DNA of 32,278 nt from the NCBI GenBank assembly GCA_014879765.1, contig JACSRL010000420.1, forward strand, positions 1 to 32,278. Reading direction: 5' to 3'. The notes below the pieces were generated by a model. It saw only the letters and a list, made by a program, of their open reading frames with translations, was not told the origin of the DNA and ran no database searches. This DNA is from Anaerolinea sp. (GTDB lineage Bacteria; Chloroflexota; Anaerolineae; JAAEKA01). The translations under genes and the position numbers were made by a program. Positions within the stretch are counted from its first letter, which is position 1. The number at the start of each line of letters is the position of its first letter. Shown piece after piece: positions 6,345-13,542 of this stretch.

Positions 6345-7604
6345 ATGCCGAGCATCATCTACCCTATCACGCGCGACTACCGCGCCCAGTGGCAGCTGTG
6401 GGACGCCTTCCGGGAATGCATCTGGCAGGAGTTCCTGGACTTGTTCCAAACCTGGACCGTCGAACAGGCCGATGGCAAGACGATCATCGAGGGCTGCGGC
6501 GCGCACATGGCCCTGCGCCACCTGCTCTTGGGCGGCTCGGACAAGACCGAGCAGCAGCGCGGCCAGTTCGGCGAGGGCACCAAGCTGGGCTGGCTGGTTC
6601 TCTTGCGCGAGGGCGTGCCTTTCAGCCTCACCTCGGGCGAGTTCCACGGCCTGCACGCGCGCTGGGCCGACCTCTACGGCCAGCAGGTGATGGAGGTTTG
6701 CTGGGACGAGGGCGCGTTCTTTGATGGCTCACGCTACGAGCTGGCCTACGCGGGCGAGCTGTGGCAGGAGCGCGTGATCCGGCCGGGAGATGCGCGCATC
6801 CTCTTCACCGACGAGGCCGGCCGCATGATCCTGGAAGAGGCCGAGCCCCAGTTCTACGTCAAGGGCCTCTGGATCGGCCCCGCGCGGCCCTACGGAACAT
6901 CCTGCGCCTTCGGCTACAACCTCAACCTCAAGCTGGCCGAGGATCGCCAGCTGGCCGACGCCTGGCAGGCCAGCCGCGAGATCGGCCGGCTGTGGGCCAA
7001 CGTTGCGAACCAAGAGCTGCTCGCCCGCTTCTGGCAGGCCGTGGCCGACCGGCAGGCTGAGGCGGACACCCACATGGCCTTCCGTGACGTGCAGGCGCCC
7101 AAGGCCCAGGCCGCGGCCCTGCGCCAGGCCTTTGGCAGCCGCGCGGTGGTGGCTACCGACGCGGTGACGCAGCGCGAGGCCGAGTACCGCGGCCTGAAAC
7201 CTGTGCATCTGCAATGGGGCCTGGAGGAGACGGCCAAGGAGATCATCGGCACCGACCGCGAGGAGCTGGCCGCGTTGTCCGGCCGGGCGTCCACCCTCTA
7301 TCCCAAGAGCCGGCTGAGCGCGGCGCAGCGCCGGGTGTTGGACCTGGTGCGGCGGCTGTCGCAGCGGGCCGGCATCCAGCATGAGGTGCAGCCCTACATG
7401 CTGCCGCCCAGCATCCTGGGCCAGGCGCTGGAAGGCCGCATTGCGCTGGACATCTCGGTGCTGGACGATCTCAAGGACGCTGTCGCCACCTGGCTGCACG
7501 AGGCGGCGCACGTCGAGTACGGCACGGACGATGCCACAGCTGCGCACGTGGACGCAGTGGCCCAGGTGGCGGCGCGCGTGATCGTCAGCTACGCTGCGCG
7601 CTAG
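6345..7604 (+). CDS. Hypothetical protein with a C-terminal HExxH motif
   Basis: Track ORF trimmed to ATG 6345, with AGGAGG at 6331-6336, giving 419 aa. WLHEAAHVEYG lies near the C-terminus. The N-terminal segments AFRECIWQEFLD / IEGCGAHM / GQFGEGTKLG loosely resemble GHKL N/G1/G2 boxes but with key residues changed. Confidence 0.7.
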   Translation: MPSIIYPITRDYRAQWQLWDAFRECIWQEFLDLFQTWTVEQADGKTIIEGCGAHMALRHLLLGGSDKTEQQRGQFGEGTKLGWLVLLREGVPFSLTSGEFHGLHARWADLYGQQVMEVCWDEGAFFDGSRYELAYAGELWQERVIRPGDARILFTDEAGRMILEEAEPQFYVKGLWIGPARPYGTSCAFGYNLNLKLAEDRQLADAWQASREIGRLWANVANQELLARFWQAVADRQAEADTHMAFRDVQAPKAQAAALRQAFGSRAVVATDAVTQREAEYRGLKPVHLQWGLEETAKEIIGTDREELAALSGRASTLYPKSRLSAAQRRVLDLVRRLSQRAGIQHEVQPYMLPPSILGQALEGRIALDISVLDDLKDAVATWLHEAAHVEYGTDDATAAHVDAVAQVAARVIVSYAAR

Positions 7605-7664
7605 CCGAAATGGAAAGCTGTTCAGCCAGAGTTCCTGCCAAGCGCATGACCTACACCCGTTGCC

Positions 7665-8087
7665 ATGAAGAGCCTGAACGACCTGCGTGCGCAGCACGGA
7701 TGGTTCACCTTCCCAGAGCGGGAAGAGCTGGCCGCAACCATCGAGCGCATCGATGAGCGCCTCAAGCGGCTGATGCCAACCAGCGACCTGGCCGGCTTCA
7801 AGGACCGGCTCATCCGGGCTGCGCGGCTGGACCTGGCTGGCTATGCGCTCTCGGACGGCGATGGGTATCGACGCCGGGTGCGATCCTTCTACGAGCTGCC
7901 GCGCGCCGAGCTGGCCTTCGTCGAGTCCTGGATGCTGCAGGCGGACCTGAGCGAGGAACTGGCCCGACTGGGCTGGCTGCCGCAGCCGACGCCTGAGCGC
8001 ATCGCCCGGCTCTTGAAGGAAGACCCTGACATCCCGCTGCGCACGCGCGACAAGCTGCTGGAAAGGTACATGCCTCGTGACACGTGA
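7665..8087 (+). CDS. Hypothetical protein
   Basis: 140 aa, in the same operon-like block, with GC3-rich codons. No family recognised. Confidence 0.6.
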   Translation: MKSLNDLRAQHGWFTFPEREELAATIERIDERLKRLMPTSDLAGFKDRLIRAARLDLAGYALSDGDGYRRRVRSFYELPRAELAFVESWMLQADLSEELARLGWLPQPTPERIARLLKEDPDIPLRTRDKLLERYMPRDT

Positions 8088-9102
8088 CATCATCCTGTCC
8101 GGCTCGGTGCAGGACATGCGCCAGCAGACCGCGACCATCGCCACCCTGGGTTTGATCGGCGAGAGCTGCTTCCTCAGCCCTGAGCGCAGCCGGCACGGTC
8201 ACTGCCGCCGGCGCGCGCTGGCGCTCTTGGGTCTCGATGAACATGCCCACGACGACGCCATCGAGCAAGCTGTCCGCGCGCAGCCGGCCTTCTTCTACGC
8301 CTTCTACTGCCAGGGCGCAGCCGCGATCTGTGCTGCCTGCGGCGAGCTGATCGAGCCGGGCCAGCCGGCGTGTTCCCAGTGCGGTCTTGCCCTCGAAGAA
8401 CCGCTGGGACTGCTGGCCAGGCCTGAATGGGAGCGGCGCCTGACTACGCGCGGGTTGGAGGTCGCCATCGCCACCTGCCTGGTGGTGGACGAGCTCTTGA
8501 TGGTCACCATCTTCCGCAGCGTGCGCCTCTTGGTGCTGCGCAACCTGGCCGGCCAGTCCGAGCAGGACAGCTGGGAAATGCGGGCGCGCGAGATCCGGGA
8601 GATGGTGCTGGATGCCTGGCCCGAAGGCGTGAGGCCCGGCCGCGACACCTGGGAGTTTCGCTTCATCCGGACTTGCGCGGTCTTCTGGCTGGTGTCCTGG
8701 CCGATGCTGAGGGACAGGTTCACGCTGGAAGAGATCGACGGCTGGAGCACCAAGCTGGTGCGCGCGGTGGCCGTCAGCAGCCAGCGCTGGGCCGACGCCG
8801 GCGCGGACGCGGCCGACTACGCTGCCGCGCTGGAAGCGATCCTGGCCACAACCGGCATCAACAAGGAACAGGCGATCCTGGCCCTTGCGCCCATCGGCGT
8901 TGCGCGCGGGCAACGCCTTGAGCCGGCCAAGGTGGTGATCCATCCGCCGGAGCTGGTCTACGAGCGGGCCAAGCGCGCCTACTCGAAGTTCGGCGATCCC
9001 TGGCTGGTGATCTGGCTGGACCCGGCCGAGGACAGGATGCTGGTGGAAAAAGGCATCCCTCTGGACGACCCCGGCGACCTTGCCAGCAGGTTCAGCGTGT
9101 AG
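8077..9102 (+). CDS. Hypothetical protein with an internal CxxC...CxxC zinc ribbon
   Basis: 341 aa, containing CAACGELIEPGQPACSQCG. The start is uncertain: GTG 8077 overlaps the upstream gene by 11 nt, and ATG 8116 is the alternative. Confidence 0.6.
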   Translation: MTRDIILSGSVQDMRQQTATIATLGLIGESCFLSPERSRHGHCRRRALALLGLDEHAHDDAIEQAVRAQPAFFYAFYCQGAAAICAACGELIEPGQPACSQCGLALEEPLGLLARPEWERRLTTRGLEVAIATCLVVDELLMVTIFRSVRLLVLRNLAGQSEQDSWEMRAREIREMVLDAWPEGVRPGRDTWEFRFIRTCAVFWLVSWPMLRDRFTLEEIDGWSTKLVRAVAVSSQRWADAGADAADYAAALEAILATTGINKEQAILALAPIGVARGQRLEPAKVVIHPPELVYERAKRAYSKFGDPWLVIWLDPAEDRMLVEKGIPLDDPGDLASRFSV

Positions 9103-9117
9103 GAAGGAAGGCGACCC

Positions 9118-9291
9118 ATGCCCAAAGAGAAGACATCCACTCCCAACACGCGCGTCATGCGCTGCACCTGCCAGCACGCCTTCCAGGACGAGCGCTATGG
9201 CCAGAACATGCGGGTCCACAACGCGATGCGCAAGCCCAAGCCGGGTTGGCGCTGCACCGTCTGCCTGAAGATCAAGGAGGACGCGGCGTGA
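9118..9291 (+). CDS. Small zinc-ribbon protein (57 aa, below the track threshold)
   Basis: MPKEKTSTPNTRVMRCTCQHAFQDERYGQNMRVHNAMRKPKPGWRCTVCLKIKEDAA. RBS GGAAGGAAGG lies upstream. The stop TGA (9289-9291) overlaps the GTG start of the next gene. Confidence 0.6.
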   Translation: MPKEKTSTPNTRVMRCTCQHAFQDERYGQNMRVHNAMRKPKPGWRCTVCLKIKEDAA

Positions 9292-9524
9292 TCATTCCCT
9301 ACTCTGCCTACTACCGCGAGGGACCGGGCCTGTTAGGGCCGGGCGACGCGGTGCTGATCAAGGTTTGCGCCACGCGTGGCTTTGACAACGACTGGGCAGC
9401 CTACAAGGGCTTCAGCTACTGGACTGACGACGAGGTCCTCACCAGCGGCGACAAGCTGTCAGAGGATGCGGCCGTGGCGCTCTTCCCCAGCTTTGCCCAA
9501 GCCGGGCTGGCGTATCGGCCGTAG
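9288..9524 (+). CDS. Hypothetical protein
   Basis: Track ORF 9246..9524 trimmed to GTG 9288, with AAGGAGG at 9274-9280 and a GTGA overlap with the upstream stop. 78 aa. Confidence 0.55.
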   Translation: MIIPYSAYYREGPGLLGPGDAVLIKVCATRGFDNDWAAYKGFSYWTDDEVLTSGDKLSEDAAVALFPSFAQAGLAYRP

Positions 9525-9527
9525 GCC

Positions 9528-9797
9528 ATGGCCATCAAGTGCTCTCTTTGCGGCCAGCAGTGGTCGCGCGATCCCGCCCTGGAAGTCGAGTGCCCGGTGT
9601 GCCGCGCGGCCGTCGGCACGCCGTGCAAGCGTCCCAGCGGCCACGAGACCTACGGCGGCCAGCCGCACCCGGATCGGGACCGGCTGGCCATGGAGGTCGT
9701 GGCCGGCTACGGACGCTGCCCGGCCGCAGCCGCAGCACCCAACAAAAACCCGGCTGGCTGGGTGCAGCCTCTGTTGTTCTCGGAACCTTCAGGTTGA
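9528..9797 (+). CDS. Zinc-finger protein (CSLCG...CPVC...GTPCKRPSGH pattern)
   Basis: 89 aa. The pattern resembles small phage zinc-finger proteins (CPxC..G.PC....G...H..R). The last ~6 codons are supplied by REP copy A. Confidence 0.6.
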   Translation: MAIKCSLCGQQWSRDPALEVECPVCRAAVGTPCKRPSGHETYGGQPHPDRDRLAMEVVAGYGRCPAAAAAPNKNPAGWVQPLLFSEPSG

Positions 9798-9817
9798 GCC
9801 TGTCGAAACCGGTTCCG
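9781..9817 (+). repeat. REP/MITE-like repeat, copy A (single unit, forward)
   Basis: cggaaccttcaggttgagcctgtcgaaaccggttccg. The 7-bp termini CGGAACC/GGTTCCG are inverted, and the inner GGTT/AACC can also pair. Confidence 0.85.
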
Positions 9818-9835
9818 AAAGGTAAGGATGCCCAA

Positions 9836-10489
9836 GTGTTTGAGGAACTGACACTCAAGGAACTCGAAGGGACGCCCTGCTTCGTCTGTGGCGAGCCCAT
9901 GTGGGGCTTCGACTACCATCGCTGTCTCACGCCCGACTGCCTGGCAGAGCTCATCCGTCTGGGTCTCGGCCGCGCAGATCGATACCCCCGGACGCACAAC
10001 CTGTGCCACCCAGCGTGCCATTCTGGCTGCTGCTACGAATGCAACCCTGACCTGCGAGCAACGCTGCCAGTTGCTCTCGATGCGCCAAATCGGCGCCTGC
10101 GATCCACGGATGGAAAGCCCATCTTAACCCAACCCGAAAGGAAGTCTCCCATGCCCGACAAACCAATTACCGACATGCTCAAGGAAGGAGCAGCCAGGCT
10201 GGAAGAAGGCCAGGTCCGAGTGATCGTGCTCGGATCGGTCGCCTCGGCCTACCACAAGAGCCTGTTCGCGCCCATCATCCGCGAAGAGCAACTGAGAAGC
10301 GTGCAGGCTGCGATCGCTCTCAGCCTGGTAGCCCTGTATCCCAGCCTGCTGGTGGAAGACCCGGACCCGCTGCTCGGCGCCATCGAGCTGGCCGTGATCG
10401 TGGGTATGCTGACCGGCAGCCGGCACGCGCTGGCCATCCCGCCTGAGCTGGCCTCGCTGGTGCAGCCCGCTGCGGAGGAGCATGCATGA
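9836..10489 (+). CDS. Cys-rich N-terminal / hydrophobic C-terminal hypothetical protein (possibly two products)
   Basis: The frame of track ORF 9539..10489 is open throughout. GTG 9836 follows AAAGGTAAGGA just after REP copy A. An internal GAAAGGAAG RBS and ATG at 10151 (MPDKPITDML...) could give a separate 112-aa product in the same frame. GC3 bias supports this frame. Confidence 0.5.
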   Translation: MFEELTLKELEGTPCFVCGEPMWGFDYHRCLTPDCLAELIRLGLGRADRYPRTHNLCHPACHSGCCYECNPDLRATLPVALDAPNRRLRSTDGKPILTQPERKSPMPDKPITDMLKEGAARLEEGQVRVIVLGSVASAYHKSLFAPIIREEQLRSVQAAIALSLVALYPSLLVEDPDPLLGAIELAVIVGMLTGSRHALAIPPELASLVQPAAEEHA

Positions 10490-10550
10490 GTACTCCTTTG
10501 ATCACCATCGAAGGCTTCGATCCAGTCTGATCCCTGAAAGGAGAACTCCC

Positions 10551-10742
10551 ATGTACCGTAGCACCTATCAGATGGCCCGCGATGAAGCAGAGATCGACGA
10601 CGTGCTCAACAAGTGCGCCGACGCCGAGGACGAGGGCCGGTCCCAGTACCCTGGCATGACCTACGAGCAGGGCGTACGCATCGGCATCGAGTGGCTGCTG
10701 GGCATGACCGGCGAGTCGCCCTTCGAAGGCGACGAAGGCTAG
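10551..10742 (+). CDS. Small acidic hypothetical protein
   Basis: Trimmed to ATG 10551, with GAAAGGAGA upstream. 63 aa, containing GMTYEQGVRIGIEWLLG. Confidence 0.6.
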   Translation: MYRSTYQMARDEAEIDDVLNKCADAEDEGRSQYPGMTYEQGVRIGIEWLLGMTGESPFEGDEG

Positions 10743-10759
10743 CGCGGTCCGTTCCTGGT

Positions 10760-10781
10760 GGTAGCGCCCTGGCGGGCGCAT
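10760..10781 (+). promoter_or_regulatory. Conserved hairpin motif, copy 2 (GGTAGCGCC-CTGGCG-GGCGCAT)
   Basis: It lies in the 71-nt gap before ATG 10814. The stem is GCGCCC/GGGCGC with loop TGGC. Confidence 0.45.
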
Positions 10782-10813
10782 CCTTGGCAAACATCAGCCA
10801 AGGAGAACCAACC

Positions 10814-11770
10814 ATGAAGACCAAGACCATCGGACAGCTCTGCCGCCGCGCCATGGAGGGCTGGGTAGCATCCCTGCCCCAAGAGCTGCAACAGCCCGTT
10901 ACCGACGACCTGATCCTGACCGGCGGCAGCATCGCATCGCTCTTCCTGGGCGAGCCGGTCAACGACTGGGACGTCTACTTCCGCAGCCGCGCGACCGCCA
11001 GGGCCGTGGCCGAGCACTACGTGGGCCTGTTCACGGCCACGCCGCCGCGCGCCCTGGAGGGCAATCCGCTGCTCAAGCAGGTGCAGGTGGTCGACCGCGG
11101 CGACCGGGTGGCCGTCATGGTCAAGAGCGCGGGCATCCTGACCGAGCACTCCGGCGACGGAGCCTACCACTACTTCGAGGCCCTGACCGACAGCGATCCC
11201 GACCGAACCGAGCAGTATGTGCAGGTGATCTTCAGCGGCGCGGACGGCCGCACCGGCTACGCTGCTGACAAGGACTACTGGCCGACTATCATCACCGGCA
11301 ACGCCATCACCCTGCTGCGCCAGAATCGCAAGCTCACCCCTGTGCAGCTGATCCTGCGCTTCAGCGGCGACCCGGCCGAGATCCATCGCAACTTCGACTG
11401 GTGCCACGTGACCAACTACTGGACCTTCCAGGATGGCTTGGTCACCAACGCCCCGGCCCTGGAATGCCTGCTGGCGCGCGAGCTGCGCTACGTGGGCTCG
11501 CAGTACCCGCTGGCCGCGCTGTTGCGCAGTTTCAAGTTCGTGCAGCGCGGCTTCACCCGCCCTCACGCCGGCCACCTGCTGGTGCTGAGCTTGCAGCTGG
11601 CCAGACTGGACTGGGACGACCCGGCCGTCTGGGAAGAGCAGCTCACCGGCGTGGACTTCGCCTACTTCCGCGAGATCATCGATCGCATCCGCACCTTGCT
11701 CAAAGAAGGCGTTGGGATGCAGGAGATCATCTCGACCTACCTGGCGCAGATCGTCGAGGAGACCATTTGA
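10814..11770 (+). CDS. Hypothetical protein with a Pol-beta-type nucleotidyltransferase signature
   Basis: Trimmed to ATG 10814, with AAGGAGA upstream. 318 aa. LTGGSIASLFLGEPVNDWDVYF fits hG[GS]-x9-13-DhDh. Confidence 0.65.
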   Translation: MKTKTIGQLCRRAMEGWVASLPQELQQPVTDDLILTGGSIASLFLGEPVNDWDVYFRSRATARAVAEHYVGLFTATPPRALEGNPLLKQVQVVDRGDRVAVMVKSAGILTEHSGDGAYHYFEALTDSDPDRTEQYVQVIFSGADGRTGYAADKDYWPTIITGNAITLLRQNRKLTPVQLILRFSGDPAEIHRNFDWCHVTNYWTFQDGLVTNAPALECLLARELRYVGSQYPLAALLRSFKFVQRGFTRPHAGHLLVLSLQLARLDWDDPAVWEEQLTGVDFAYFREIIDRIRTLLKEGVGMQEIISTYLAQIVEETI

Positions 11771-12141
11771 TGTTAGCCCTGAACGACCGGCAGCAGGCCA
11801 TCCTGGCCTTCATCCAAGAGCACATCGCCAGCAAAGGCTATGCGCCCAGCGTGCGAGACATCCATGCCCTGGGCCTGGGCGCCTTGCATACGCTAAGCCG
11901 GGATCTCGTCCGCCTGACTGAAGCGGGCGCCATCCAGCGCGATCCCGGCGTGGCGCGCGGTATCCGCCTGCCGAAGGCTGCGGACCAGACGGCAGGGCAG
12001 CTGCGCTCCTTGGTCGCGGCCTGGGAGGCCCTACGCCCTGACATGGACATCGCCCGCAGCCAAGCCGCGGCGGACATGGACCGGCAGATAGAGCTGGCCC
12101 GGGAGCGGCTCCATGAGCGACGCGATCACGCCTACAGGTAA
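11770..12141 (+). CDS. LexA-N-terminal-like winged-helix DNA-binding protein (no peptidase domain)
   Basis: MLALNDRQQAILAFIQEHIASKGYAPSVRDIHALGL...LTEAGAIQRDPGVARGIRL resembles the LexA DNA-binding domain. 123 aa. The ATG shares one nucleotide with the upstream TGA. Confidence 0.6.
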   Translation: MLALNDRQQAILAFIQEHIASKGYAPSVRDIHALGLGALHTLSRDLVRLTEAGAIQRDPGVARGIRLPKAADQTAGQLRSLVAAWEALRPDMDIARSQAAADMDRQIELARERLHERRDHAYR

Positions 12142-12340
12142 GGAGCGGTTGTTCATCCTGGACAACGTCAGCTCGGAGGAGCTGATGGCCATGAAACTGC
12201 CCTCCTGTCCCTTCTGCGGCGCAGCGCTGCAGCCCACGGCCATACGGGCCGGGCTGAACGCCTTTGTCGCCGGCGTGACCTGCACCACCTGCCTGTGTGC
12301 CTTCCGCGCGCGCGACACCTTCTCCTTTGCGGAGTGCTGA
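12113..12340 (+). CDS. Small zinc-ribbon protein, possibly Lar-like
   Basis: 75 aa as listed in the track. The internal ATGs at 12185 and 12191 follow GGAGG (12175-12179) and would give M(A)MKLPSCPFCG..., the characteristic start of Lar-family restriction-alleviation proteins. A second Cys pair is CTTC. Confidence 0.5.
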   Translation: MSDAITPTGKERLFILDNVSSEELMAMKLPSCPFCGAALQPTAIRAGLNAFVAGVTCTTCLCAFRARDTFSFAEC

Positions 12341-12364
12341 GAGCCGCCACCGAAGGAGCTTCCT

Positions 12365-12502
12365 ATGACGCCTAAAGTGCCTGACACCCTGTCCACCCGC
12401 CTGCGCTATTGCTGGTATCGGCTGCGAATCAGCCGCAAGGGCGTTCCTGCATCCTACAGCATGTTCCGGCAGTTTCTTTGGCTGGAAAGGAGGACACCTT
12501 GA
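12365..12502 (+). CDS. Small ORF (45 aa, below the track threshold), translationally coupled to the initiator gene
   Basis: GAAGGAG RBS, then ATG 12365. MTPKVPDTLSTRLRYCWYRLRISRKGVPASYSMFRQFLWLERRTP. The stop TGA (12500-12502) overlaps TTG 12499 of the next gene. Confidence 0.35.
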   Translation: MTPKVPDTLSTRLRYCWYRLRISRKGVPASYSMFRQFLWLERRTP

Positions 12503-13533
12503 GCATCGTCTATATGGGCTTTGGCTGGAAACTGGATTTGGAGCCCACCGAGTTGCTGGTCTATCTCGCCATCGCCGACCATGTCGATGATGACGGAGAA
12601 GGATGCTACGCGTCCTATGGCAAGCTGGTCGCCAAGACCAACCTGGGCAAACGTACCGTCATACGGGCGTGCCACAAACTGGAAGAGGCAGGGATTCTCC
12701 TCCACCAAGGTACTCACCCACGGTACGGCACCAACGTCTGGAACATCGACAAGGACAAGCTCCCCTTCAAGAAACCAGCGCGAAACGGAAAGGCGACGAA
12801 AGACCTCGTACCAGTCCCTGGAAAGCGCCAAAAAGCTGCTGTGCCTGGCGCCACGCTGACACCAGAGCAGTGCCAGAGTGGCACCCCTCCCGGTGCCACA
12901 GCGGCACCCCCCCAGTGCCACGGTGACACCTCAGCTGGTGCCACAGTGGCACCCAAACCATCCGTAGAACCGTTAGAAGAACCGTCCGGTAACCATCCAG
13001 GCGGCAAAAGAGCTTTGCCGCCTGCGCTGGACGCGCGCGTCAATCCCGCTGCCAAAATCAGAACCCTGCGCGAACGCGGCGACTCCGGAACAGGCCCGGA
13101 TGAGGTGGATGAGATTCGCGCGCGCGATCGGCCGGAGACTGCATTGCAGACAAAGATCGCACAGCTCACCCATTCCAGGTATCTCTCCGCTAGCCAAAAA
13201 TCGAGGTTGCGAGACGGCGTGACTGCGGCGTGGGGCGACAGCAAGCTGCCTGTCACCCACCCCAGCCCGGAGGACGAATGGGCGGCGCATCCGGAGCTGT
13301 TCGCCGAGTATGTGGAGCTGTGCGCGCGGCGCATCCGCGAGGAGAGCAGCCGGCCGCCATCCCGGGACAAGCTGGTGCAGTCGGTTCGCAATTACGCCAG
13401 GTACAACACCGGCTGGCTGGACTTCAGGAAGGCCGCGCAGGAAGAGAGGCGGCAAGCCCAACAGCGCGCCCACCCATCAGCCAAGCAGAACCAGTGGTAC
13501 TACGATCCCAGCAAGCCCGACTGGATGCAGTAG
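12499..13533 (+). CDS. Replication-initiator-like protein (N-terminal winged HTH, lambda O / DnaD-like role)
   Basis: LVYLAIADHVDDDGEGCYASYGKLVAKTNLGKRTVIRACHKLEEAGIL is the HTH_36-type motif of phage and plasmid replication proteins. TTG 12499 follows AAAGGAGG, and ATG 12514 is the alternative start. The iteron array lies in its low-complexity linker. Confidence 0.65.
   Translation: MSIVYMGFGWKLDLEPTELLVYLAIADHVDDDGEGCYASYGKLVAKTNLGKRTVIRACHKLEEAGILLHQGTHPRYGTNVWNIDKDKLPFKKPARNGKATKDLVPVPGKRQKAAVPGATLTPEQCQSGTPPGATAAPPQCHGDTSAGATVAPKPSVEPLEEPSGNHPGGKRALPPALDARVNPAAKIRTLRERGDSGTGPDEVDEIRARDRPETALQTKIAQLTHSRYLSASQKSRLRDGVTAAWGDSKLPVTHPSPEDEWAAHPELFAEYVELCARRIREESSRPPSRDKLVQSVRNYARYNTGWLDFRKAAQEERRQAQQRAHPSAKQNQWYYDPSKPDWMQ
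12870..12952. repeat. Four phased 15-bp palindromic iterons (candidate replication origin)
   Basis: GTGCCAGAGTGGCAC (12870), GTGCCACAGCGGCAC (12893), GTGCCACGGTGACAC (12915) and GTGCCACAGTGGCAC (12938). Start-to-start spacing is 23, 22 and 23 bp. A relatively AT-richer stretch with GAACCGT repeats follows (12953-13000). Confidence 0.7.
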
Positions 13534-13542
13534 AGGAGCACG

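Noticed and set aside
12870-12952. The regularly spaced short palindromic repeats, considered as a mini CRISPR array.
   Set aside because: The units are 15 bp with only 7-8 bp between them. They lie inside a coding region and there are no cas genes. The geometry fits iterons, not CRISPR repeat-spacer units.
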